Assembly (NCBI GenBank): GCA_041661545.1 | Contig: JBAZUH010000001.1 | Coordinates: 544,148-608,147 of the forward strand | DNA length: 64,000 bases | Direction: 5' to 3' | Origin: Candidatus Staskawiczbacteria bacterium | GTDB taxonomy: Bacteria > Patescibacteriota > Minisyncoccia > Minisyncoccales > Staskawiczbacteraceae | Shown: piece by piece, positions 17,634 to 25,759 of the stretch | Layout of the letters: each line of letters starts with the position of its first letter | How positions within the stretch are numbered: the stretch's first letter is position 1 | The notes under the pieces: generated by a model | Database searches by the model: none | What the model saw: the letters and a program-made list of their open reading frames with translations, nothing else | What the model was told of the DNA's origin: nothing | Translations under genes and position numbers: made by a program

Positions 17634-17674
17634 GGGTTTTTCACTTGCTTCTATATATATGATATAATACACAA

Positions 17675-18535
17675 ATGAATTTAACTTCTCCAACCATAAT
17701 AAAAGAACTTCTTTCAAAATATAAAACCCGGCCTTCAAAAGGATTGGGGCAAAATTTTTTAATAGATAAAAATGTTTTAAGAAAAATTATTGAAGCTTCA
17801 AATATAAAACCAACAGATATTATTTTAGAAGTGGGGCCGGGCATTGGCATACTAACTCAAGAATTAGCCAAACATGCAAAAAAAGTTATAGCAATTGAAA
17901 AAGATTTTACAATGTGCGAAGTTTTAAAAGAAACTTTGTCTGATCTTAAAAACATTCAAATTGAAAATTGTGATATTTTAAAATTTATTGAAAATTGGAA
18001 ATTGAAAATTGAAAATTATAAGGTAGTTGCCAACATTCCATATTATTTAACTTCGCCATTAATTAGAAAATTTTTAGAAAACCCACCAGGTGGGGAACAG
18101 CCACAAGAAATAATTTTAATGATACAAAAAGAAGTTGCTCAAAGAATTTGTGCAAGCCCGCCAAAAATGAGTTTGCTAGCAGTGTCAGTGCAATTTTATG
18201 CAGAACCTAAAATTATAAGTTATGTTACAAAAAATTGTTTTTGGCCTGCACCCAAAATTGATTCTGCAATAATAAATATCAAGCCCAAAAATAATTTTAA
18301 TAAAGAAATAGATGTTGATGCATTTTTCAAAGTTGTTAAAGCAGGTTTTTCGCAACCAAGAAAACAACTTGTGAATAACTTGACTACCTTAAAATATTTA
18401 GATGGTGTAAAATTAACAAAAGAAGAAATTTCTAATTGGCTTTCTAAAAATAATTTAAAATCTAATCAACGGGCCGAAAGCCTAACAATCAACGATTGGG
18501 AAAATCTAACAAACAGTTTTTTAACTTTAAAATAG
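17675..18535 (+). CDS. rsmA: 16S rRNA (adenine1518/1519-N6)-dimethyltransferase
   Basis: 286 aa with GQNFLIDKNVLRKI, EVGPGIGILT and VVANIPYYLTSP. Confidence 0.92.
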   Translation: MNLTSPTIIKELLSKYKTRPSKGLGQNFLIDKNVLRKIIEASNIKPTDIILEVGPGIGILTQELAKHAKKVIAIEKDFTMCEVLKETLSDLKNIQIENCDILKFIENWKLKIENYKVVANIPYYLTSPLIRKFLENPPGGEQPQEIILMIQKEVAQRICASPPKMSLLAVSVQFYAEPKIISYVTKNCFWPAPKIDSAIINIKPKNNFNKEIDVDAFFKVVKAGFSQPRKQLVNNLTTLKYLDGVKLTKEEISNWLSKNNLKSNQRAESLTINDWENLTNSFLTLK

Positions 18536-18539
18536 AATC

Positions 18540-20525
18540 ATGTTTCAACAATTCTCATTTCTAAAAAATAAATATTTATTTTTCACTCTTTTCTGTTTTA
18601 TTATATTACTAGGAGCATTAATGCCCGTACACGTCTTAGCCGAATCAAATGACAGTGCTGGCTGGGGTAATACAGGAGATAGATCAAAAATAATAAATCT
18701 ATTTACTTCTGCATCTCCTGATTCTTTCTCTCCCGAAGGTGGTTGGGATGCAACAACGTGGCCCAAATATTTAATTGGATATTTATTATTTTCAATCGTA
18801 TGGCTAGCCTTCAAAATAGCTGCTTTAGCACAGTTGTTATTATCTTATGTATTGGGTGTAATTGTAAGCTTATCAATAACCAAAGATCCTAATTGGCTTC
18901 CAATATGGGGCAGCCTTAGAGATTTAGGAAATATGGTTATTGTATTGGGATTCGTAGTAGTAGGCATTGCTACATCTCTAAGATTTAAAGACTATGAAGC
19001 TAAAAAGATCTTGTTGCCTTTGATACTAGTTGCTATTCTAATCAACTTCTCCGGATTAGTTTGTGGATTAATTATAGATGCGTCTAATTTAGTAACTACT
19101 GGATTAATAGAGGGAAGTGAAGCTTCCATGATGCCATATAACGTCTTACAACAAATGATTCTCGTTAGCTCGTGCGTGCATACCACAGGACACGATGCGG
19201 GGCCCGATGCATATGTTGAAGTATCAACGTCAGTAAACACCCCCTCGTGTATTTCAACCGAAAATTATGATAAAGATCTTAAAATATTTATAGCAATATG
19301 TTGTTTATGGATGATTTTGTACTTAGCCATAGGTCTTACATTTTTATATATGGCAGTTTTACTTTTGGCAAGATATGCCATTTTAATAATGTTATTTATA
19401 TTATCTCCTTTAGCTTTCACTTTCTGGGTTTTTCCAATTACTAAAAAATTGTGGCAAGAGTGGTGGAATCATTTTGTAAAATGGTGTTTTGTTGGAGTCT
19501 ATGCATCGTTTACTCTCTACATAGCTACTACCATTATAACAAAAGTGCCCATCGTGGGAGGCACTGCAGACAACCTGAATAGTGACTTATGGCAACTAAC
19601 TCTTGTATATTCTATTGCAATAGTATTTTTGATTGTTGGATTTAAAATGACCGTCAGCAAGGTTGGAGGAGCCGCTGTAACAGCTATTTTGGGACTAGCA
19701 ACTGGTGGCGCGGCTTTGGCCGGTAGAGCAACCCTTGGTGCAACCAAACTTGCTGGAAGAGGAATCGGAGCCGGAGCCAGAGCATTAGATAATAAAGCTA
19801 CTGGCGGAAAGGTTACTTCGGCGATAGGCAACATGGGTAGGAAGGTTGGTAGCAGTACCGGAAGATTTCTGGATGCTATGGCAGGAACTCCTGGTGCTAG
19901 AGCTGGAGGTGTAGCGAAAGAATTCTCAGCAGGCTCTGATAGAATTGGAGATATGGATTTAGCCAGCCAAGTTAAATTAGCTTCAGGCAAAGGAATGGGT
20001 GGCATGGCAAGAACAAAAGAAAGAGCTGAGGCAGTACAAGCCTTGGCAAAAAGCGGAAATCTTTGGAGAATTAGCGATGATATAAATGAACAATCAAGAG
20101 CCGTTAATTTTGCAGATAAATATATGCAAAGCAAAGGGATAGATGCCACTAAATTTAGAGGGGACGTTAGCAAGAATGCTCCTGTGCTAGAAGCATACAA
20201 TCGTCCTATTGTAGAAAAAATTCAACAACAGCATCCAAATTGGAGCCCTGCTCCCGACGCAAGCTTGGGTGGATTAACTCGAGCTCAACATGAAGCGGTT
20301 GTACGTGCAGTAGCGAGAATGCCAGAAGACGGTTTAAATGCCAGCACGGCAAAATCAATGCATCATTCTGCTATAACAGCAGCGGGAGCTAGAATGAACG
20401 ATAGAAAAAAACAAACATGGCAAAAAGCTTCTTATAATGATATGCGCCAAGAGGCGCTGGCTATGAATGCTGGGCCAGAACAAACCGCCTTGGCAGAAAG
20501 AGCAAGAGCAATGTTTGATTTATAA
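18540..20525 (+). CDS. Polytopic membrane protein, TrbL/VirB6-like by architecture
   Basis: 661 aa. Signal peptide (..VHVLAES), at least 6 TM helices, Gly/Ala-rich segment, hydrophilic C-terminal third. No motif-level proof. Confidence 0.5.
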   Translation: MFQQFSFLKNKYLFFTLFCFIILLGALMPVHVLAESNDSAGWGNTGDRSKIINLFTSASPDSFSPEGGWDATTWPKYLIGYLLFSIVWLAFKIAALAQLLLSYVLGVIVSLSITKDPNWLPIWGSLRDLGNMVIVLGFVVVGIATSLRFKDYEAKKILLPLILVAILINFSGLVCGLIIDASNLVTTGLIEGSEASMMPYNVLQQMILVSSCVHTTGHDAGPDAYVEVSTSVNTPSCISTENYDKDLKIFIAICCLWMILYLAIGLTFLYMAVLLLARYAILIMLFILSPLAFTFWVFPITKKLWQEWWNHFVKWCFVGVYASFTLYIATTIITKVPIVGGTADNLNSDLWQLTLVYSIAIVFLIVGFKMTVSKVGGAAVTAILGLATGGAALAGRATLGATKLAGRGIGAGARALDNKATGGKVTSAIGNMGRKVGSSTGRFLDAMAGTPGARAGGVAKEFSAGSDRIGDMDLASQVKLASGKGMGGMARTKERAEAVQALAKSGNLWRISDDINEQSRAVNFADKYMQSKGIDATKFRGDVSKNAPVLEAYNRPIVEKIQQQHPNWSPAPDASLGGLTRAQHEAVVRAVARMPEDGLNASTAKSMHHSAITAAGARMNDRKKQTWQKASYNDMRQEALAMNAGPEQTALAERARAMFDL

Positions 20526-20543
20526 ATATTAATTAATAATATA

Positions 20544-21167
20544 ATGGTAAATAATCAACAAAAAATTATTATTTTTGAGAATCAAGGCTCTAAAAGCATA
20601 TGGGCGATTATTTCAGAAGTTTTAAAAGATAATGGGATGGAAGAAACAGCCATTGATTTTTTCAAAAAAGTGGACGAGAAGAAAATACCATTTTCAAGCA
20701 TAATATATAAATTATCTAGAAAACTTGCTCAAGAAGAAATTACAGAAGAAAATTTTGTTACATCAATCAAAGACCAATTAAAAATTGAGCAACAAGTTGC
20801 TGAAAAAATATTAAAAGATGTAAAAGAAAAAATTTTACCGCTGGCTAGAACGCTTGAAAAAGATGAACTAGTAAAAGATGAAACAATTAGCACTGTGCCA
20901 CAGAGCCTAAAAACAATAAATAAAAATTTCTCACCGGCAACAGAAAAAAATAACATAAATATTTCTGGCTCAGAAATTTTGGCTAATGAGCCAATAGATT
21001 CTTTGCCAAAAAATGAAACTCAAAATATTGCAAACACAATTACTCCTGCGACCATTGAAACACCAACAAAAAGAATTAGAAAACCTTTACCTAAAAAACC
21101 TTTTGTACCAGAAACTCAACCAACACAACCTAGCAAGCCAGATTCTTATAGAGAACCTATAGAGTAA
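20544..21167 (+). CDS. Hypothetical protein with Pro/Thr-rich C-terminus
   Basis: 207 aa, follows the VirB6-like gene on the same strand. Confidence 0.45.
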   Translation: MVNNQQKIIIFENQGSKSIWAIISEVLKDNGMEETAIDFFKKVDEKKIPFSSIIYKLSRKLAQEEITEENFVTSIKDQLKIEQQVAEKILKDVKEKILPLARTLEKDELVKDETISTVPQSLKTINKNFSPATEKNNINISGSEILANEPIDSLPKNETQNIANTITPATIETPTKRIRKPLPKKPFVPETQPTQPSKPDSYREPIE

Positions 21168-21180
21168 AAGCAGTAAACAA

Positions 21181-21209
21181 CCCCACACCAATTTCGGGTG
21201 GGGTTTTTT
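21181..21209 (+). terminator. Terminator after 20544-21167
   Basis: CCCCACACC-AATTTC-GGGTGGGG followed by TTTTTT. Confidence 0.7.
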
Positions 21210-21213
21210 ATTT

Positions 21214-21270
21214 AAAAAAAGGGGCGAGCTTCGTGGTGTCGTGTAAAAAACGACACCATCGAAGCCCGCC
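21214..21270 (-). terminator. Long-stem terminator of the GC-rich SPFH-like gene
   Basis: GGCGAGCTTCGTGGTGTCGT / ACGACACCATCGAAGCCCGCC form an imperfect stem of about 20 bp. The T-run is on the minus strand. Confidence 0.6.
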
Positions 21271-21289
21271 TTTGGGTTATGTTCTGAGG

Positions 21290-22468
21290 TTACAGGCCGT
21301 CCAAATCGTCCGGCCCCAACTCTATCGCTGGCGGAGGCGAACCTCCACCAGGCTGATTGCGTCTGTCACCACGACGATTCCCCCCGTCTCCCCGAGCCAA
21401 TGGCTGAAGAGCATTGCCGAGTTCGCGTGCCAACGTAACACCGGCTGCGAAGTTGGCCTCAATCGGTTGGCCACCGCTGGTGACATCAAACTTGGTGAAT
21501 CCGCGACCAGCGAGCGCCTGCGATCGTAGTTGCTCAAGCGCCTGTTTATGTTGAGCATATTCACCACTTCTTTTCAGCTTGGCAACGAGTTTCTTCATCG
21601 CCACCGAATCCGACGAGTCAACTCCCGCGAGCCTTGCTTCTTCGGTAATCCATTCTTGCATGGCAAGCTGGACCGGGCCAAAAACCCGCGCCTTTTCGCC
21701 TTCAGCCAACAATTGCTGTTTGCTTTTGGCCTCCAAGGCTTCCTGATATCCGGGCTGGTATCCCACATCTTCAACGATGACAGAATTTTCCAGAATCCGA
21801 AGACCCCAGTCATTTTCCATCGTCGTGAAAACAGGAAGCGATCCCTGATTAACCAGGTCTTGCCAAAGCTGGGCGCCATTACCCCTGGCGGCTTGAGCAC
21901 GCTCTTGTGAACCGCCACGAACCCATGCTCGCAACGTTGAATCCATCCGCCGTATAACCTGAGCGCTAACGTCGCGGGGTGCCACAAACAGCCATTTGTA
22001 CAGGTTGACGATTCTCATGACGGAAACGAATTTCACGTCAAGTGGAACGCTCTCAGGAGCTGCCGTTTCTGCTTTAGAGATCATGGGTTCAGGAGCGACG
22101 TTTCCGACGCGGACATGAATGCCCGCACCAAACATGTCGGCACTTCCATTCTGCTGAGCGTATCGAACGGCCGAGACAAACGGCCATAGATAAATCACCC
22201 AGCCCCCAAAACGGCACATAAACCATGACCCCTGGCCATAGCCGTCGGGGTAATCTCCCTCGACAACGTTGCCGTTTTCATCGAAGCCATGCCCCCTGAA
22301 ATTCATCCCTAGGTAGCAGAAGCTACCGAAGCTGAGAAAGGCAATGGCTGTGCCTTCTCGGATGATTGCCACCCTAATAATACGCAACGCCCAGAGGAGG
22401 AAGATTGTGAAAATCATCCACCAAAGGTGATCGCTCAGCCAATCGAACACTGAATATATCGCTTGCAT
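21290..22468 (-). CDS. Membrane-anchored SPFH/band-7-like protein, on a GC-rich island
   Basis: Start taken at MQAIYSVFDW (ATG at 22468). N-terminal TM. The segment IIREGTAIAF...VKFVSVMRIVNLYKWLFVAP.DV resembles an SPFH fold pattern. Coiled-coil and Gly/Arg-rich tail. Confidence 0.45.
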   Translation of the reverse strand: MQAIYSVFDWLSDHLWWMIFTIFLLWALRIIRVAIIREGTAIAFLSFGSFCYLGMNFRGHGFDENGNVVEGDYPDGYGQGSWFMCRFGGWVIYLWPFVSAVRYAQQNGSADMFGAGIHVRVGNVAPEPMISKAETAAPESVPLDVKFVSVMRIVNLYKWLFVAPRDVSAQVIRRMDSTLRAWVRGGSQERAQAARGNGAQLWQDLVNQGSLPVFTTMENDWGLRILENSVIVEDVGYQPGYQEALEAKSKQQLLAEGEKARVFGPVQLAMQEWITEEARLAGVDSSDSVAMKKLVAKLKRSGEYAQHKQALEQLRSQALAGRGFTKFDVTSGGQPIEANFAAGVTLARELGNALQPLARGDGGNRRGDRRNQPGGGSPPPAIELGPDDLDGL

Positions 22469-22609
22469 TTTGGTTGTTGGTTGTTGGTTGTGGTTGGTTG
22501 GTTTTGAACAGTCACTTAACGGTTGGCGCGAGAACACCTCGCTCCACACAGGAATTACCCTGCGTTCATAATGAAAACCGTGTTTGACAATGTTCTTTCA
22601 GATACATTT

Positions 22610-22638
22610 ATTATATCATATTATACGCACCTTGTCAA
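22610..22638 (-). promoter_or_regulatory. Consensus sigma70 promoter of the SPFH-like gene
   Basis: The minus strand reads TTGACA, 17 nt (AGGTGCGTATAATATGA), TATAAT. Confidence 0.6.
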
Positions 22639-22664
22639 TACGTACTCTAACGTGTGAATAACAC

Positions 22665-22695
22665 TTGTATCTACTAATAATTATTATGGTATAAT
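22665..22695 (+). promoter_or_regulatory. Candidate extended -10 promoter of the T4SS-like operon
   Basis: TTGTAT, 19 nt spacer, TGGTATAAT. Confidence 0.4.
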
Positions 22696-22712
22696 AAATG
22701 AAATCAGAAGCA

Positions 22713-22797
22713 CGAAATCCGAAACTCAAAATAAATTCAAATTTTCTAAATTCGAAATATAAAATACGTTTCGAATTTCGATATTCGAATTTCGAAT
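22713..22797. repeat. CGAAT/TTCGAA-rich repeat block in the operon leader
   Basis: CGAAW at 22713, 22720, 22753, 22772, 22779, 22786 and 22793. The last four are 7 bp apart (TTCGAATTTCGATATTCGAATTTCGAATTTC). Four TTCGAA palindromes occur within 50 bp. Confidence 0.7.
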
Positions 22798-22818
22798 TTC
22801 TTTTGCTTCACAAAAGCT

Positions 22819-23226
22819 ATGGAACAATATCCTATACCACAATTTATTGAAGCAGAAAGTAAAATTGCTTTTTTCATATCTTTTAAACAATTTTTCTACT
22901 TAGTAGGGGCGGGGCTTATTTGTTTTTTTCTATATTACATTTTGCCTCGTGCAATTTTTTATGTAGTCGCGTCTATAATTTTTATTGCTGCGGCAATATT
23001 AGCCTTTGCCACCATAAATGGAACTCCTATAATAAACATCATTTTAAATTCAATTGGTTTTTCTATGGGTGGCAAAAACTATACATGGAAGAAAAAAGAA
23101 TCTCCCTATCCATTTAAACCAATTTCAAGAACTAAAATTAAAAAAATAGATGTGGGGCCAGTGTTACAAGCACAAACAAGCCAGCTAAAAAAAACTAAAA
23201 CATTAATAGACTTAAAGACTAAATAA
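22819..23226 (+). CDS. PrgI/VirB3-like small membrane protein
   Basis: 135 aa. YPIPQFIEAESKIAFFISFKQFFYL followed by two TM helices, positioned directly upstream of VirB4. Confidence 0.6.
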   Translation: MEQYPIPQFIEAESKIAFFISFKQFFYLVGAGLICFFLYYILPRAIFYVVASIIFIAAAILAFATINGTPIINIILNSIGFSMGGKNYTWKKKESPYPFKPISRTKIKKIDVGPVLQAQTSQLKKTKTLIDLKTK

Positions 23227-23248
23227 TTTCTAATTAAAAATTAATATT

Positions 23249-23908
23249 ATGGCAGAATCTGCAACACAAGCATTTTTAGAAGTGCAAGATATAAGAGAAG
23301 GAGTTTTGCTTTTAAAAAATAATTCTATTAGAGGAATTTTAATGACTTCTTCTATAAACTTTGCTTTAAAGTCTGAAGAAGAACAAACTGCTACAATATA
23401 TGCCTTTCAAAGTTTTTTAAATTCATTAGACTTTTTTTGCCAAATTGTTATTCAATCAAGAAATATAAACATTACTCCATATTTAGATAGTTTAAAAGAT
23501 TTAGAAAATAAACAAACAAACGAATTATTAAAAAAACAAACTATCTCATACAGAGAGTTTATAAAAGAAATGGTGGTGGGGGATGTAGTTATGACAAAAA
23601 GTTTTTATATAGTTATACCATATAATCTTATGGAAATTTTTGGGTTAAAGGGTGCCCAAAAAAAATTCAACTTTGGAGATGCCTCGGGCGGAGCAAACAA
23701 CAAACCAATGGGTGATGATGATTTTGAAAGATGCAAAACACAACTTTGGCAAAGAATGGAATATGTATCTATGGGGCTAAGAAGATGTGGCCTAGAAGCT
23801 GTTCCATTAACTACGCCAGAACTCATAGAATTATTTTGGTCTATACACCATCCCGATCAAGCAGAGGTGGGGTATTATCCAGAAATATTACCCGAATTAT
23901 TAAAATAA
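23249..23908 (+). CDS. Probable detached N-terminal domain of VirB4 (ICE/Firmicutes type)
   Basis: 219 aa. FLEVQDIREGVLLLKNNSIRGILMTSSINFALKSEEEQTATIYAFQSFLNSLDFFCQIVIQS resembles the N-terminus of Orf16-type VirB4 ATPases (from memory). Confidence 0.4.
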   Translation: MAESATQAFLEVQDIREGVLLLKNNSIRGILMTSSINFALKSEEEQTATIYAFQSFLNSLDFFCQIVIQSRNINITPYLDSLKDLENKQTNELLKKQTISYREFIKEMVVGDVVMTKSFYIVIPYNLMEIFGLKGAQKKFNFGDASGGANNKPMGDDDFERCKTQLWQRMEYVSMGLRRCGLEAVPLTTPELIELFWSIHHPDQAEVGYYPEILPELLK

Positions 23909-23926
23909 TAATTTAAAATTATTGCC

Positions 23927-25732
23927 ATGGATTTTTTTAATAATATTTTTGGAAAAAAAGAGGAAGACTTAACAGAACAAATTTTTAAAGAAGAAGCTTT
24001 TGATGTAAAAGATATTATAGCTCCTCCATATATTGGGGTTCTTCAAGACCATATAAAACTAGGCGAAAGACTTGCTAAATCTTTTTTCGTTTTTTCTTAT
24101 CCTAGATATTTAAATACTGGTTGGTTTTCTCCTGTTATAGATTTAAATACTCCAATGGATATTTCATTTTTTATACATCCTGTTAGTAGTGAATTAATTT
24201 TAAAAAAATTAAGAAAAAAAGTTACAGAGGTTTCTTCAGAACTTTTAGAAAGAGAAGAAAAAGGTTTAATTAGAGACCCTTCTCTAGAAACAGCCTATAA
24301 AGATATTGAAGCGCTACGCGACAATTTAATGACTGCTCAAGAAAAAATGTTTAGGCTTGGTCTTTATATAACAATTTACGAAACCTCTGAAAAAGAATTA
24401 CGAGAAACCGAGCTTACATTAAGATCAATTTTTGAATCTAGATTAATTTATATAAAACCTGCTTTGTTCAAGCAAAAAGAAGGTTTTATTTCTTGCAATC
24501 CTTATGGAATGGATTTATTAGATGTTCACACCCCCATGGACACAGCTCCCTTATCAACTTGTTTTCCATTTATTTGTTTTGACTTAAGCTCTAACGAAGG
24601 AATTTTATATGGCATAAACAGACATAATAATTCTTTAGTTTTATTTGATAGATTTAGTTTAGAAAATGCCAACATGGTAGTGTTTGCAAAATCTGGTTCT
24701 GGAAAATCTTTTGCTATTAAATTAGAAATTTTAAGATATTTAATGCAAGGCATAGACTGCATAATTGTTGACCCAGAAAATGAATATGAGTTTTTAGCCG
24801 ATGCAGTTGGGGGAGCATTTTTAAAAATTTCTTTAACATCTGCAAACCATGTAAATCCTTTTGACTTGCCCGTGCCAGGGCCAGATGACAACCCACAAGA
24901 TATTTTAAGATCTAACGTTATAAACTTGGTGGGACTTTTAAGAATTATGTTAGGAGGCTTAACCCCAGAAGAAGATAGTATTTTAGACGAAGCTCTAACA
25001 GAAACTTATGCAATAAGAGATATAACTGCCGAATCAGATCCAACAACATGGGCTAACAACACTCCATTAATGTCAGACTTTCAAGAAGTTTTACAAAGTA
25101 TGACTGGAACAGAGTCTTTAGTAAAACGTATTGGAAAATTTACCAAAGGAACTTTTTCTGATTTCTTTAACCAACAATCTAATATTACTATGGATAAAAG
25201 TTTGGTTGTTTTTGGAATTAGAGATATGGAAGAGTCGCTAAGACCTATAGCCTTATATATTATTATGAGATATATTTGGAATACTGTAAGACAAAAATTA
25301 AAAAAAAGAATTTTAGTTATTGATGAGGCATGGTGGTTAATGCAGTCAGCTGATGGAGCATCTTTTCTTTTTGGGATAGTAAAAAGAGGAAGAAAATATT
25401 GGCTAGGCGTAACTACAATTACGCAAGATGTGGCCGACTTTATGAAATCAGATTATGGCAAAGCAATTGTTACCAACTCGTCTTTGCAACTTTTAATGAA
25501 GCAATCAACAGCTGACATTGATTCTGTTCAAAAAGTTTTTCAATTAACAGAACAAGAAAAATATTTATTACTAGAAGCCGCGGTGGGCGAGGGGTTGTTT
25601 TTTGCAGGCAAAAAACATGTATTTTTATCTGTAGTTGCAAGTCAAACAGAAAGTCAAATAATTACTACCAACCCTCAAGAAGTTTTAGCAAACAGACAAG
25701 CCAAAAAAGATTTAGAGTCAGCACAAAATTAA
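23927..25732 (+). CDS. VirB4/TrbE/CagE-family T4SS ATPase (C-terminal two thirds)
   Basis: 601 aa with Walker A FAKSGSGKSF, Walker B RILVIDEAWWLM and TTITQD. Confidence 0.85.
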   Translation: MDFFNNIFGKKEEDLTEQIFKEEAFDVKDIIAPPYIGVLQDHIKLGERLAKSFFVFSYPRYLNTGWFSPVIDLNTPMDISFFIHPVSSELILKKLRKKVTEVSSELLEREEKGLIRDPSLETAYKDIEALRDNLMTAQEKMFRLGLYITIYETSEKELRETELTLRSIFESRLIYIKPALFKQKEGFISCNPYGMDLLDVHTPMDTAPLSTCFPFICFDLSSNEGILYGINRHNNSLVLFDRFSLENANMVVFAKSGSGKSFAIKLEILRYLMQGIDCIIVDPENEYEFLADAVGGAFLKISLTSANHVNPFDLPVPGPDDNPQDILRSNVINLVGLLRIMLGGLTPEEDSILDEALTETYAIRDITAESDPTTWANNTPLMSDFQEVLQSMTGTESLVKRIGKFTKGTFSDFFNQQSNITMDKSLVVFGIRDMEESLRPIALYIIMRYIWNTVRQKLKKRILVIDEAWWLMQSADGASFLFGIVKRGRKYWLGVTTITQDVADFMKSDYGKAIVTNSSLQLLMKQSTADIDSVQKVFQLTEQEKYLLLEAAVGEGLFFAGKKHVFLSVVASQTESQIITTNPQEVLANRQAKKDLESAQN

Positions 25733-25759
25733 AATTTAAAAAATCCTATAATTATACAA

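Noticed and set aside
22801-22817. Shared 15-mer TTTTGCTTCACAAAA (hairpin) at 22801 and at 48456 inside element B1.
   Set aside because: A back-of-envelope estimate for this base composition predicts on the order of ten chance 15-mer matches in 64 kb, so this is not significant on its own.
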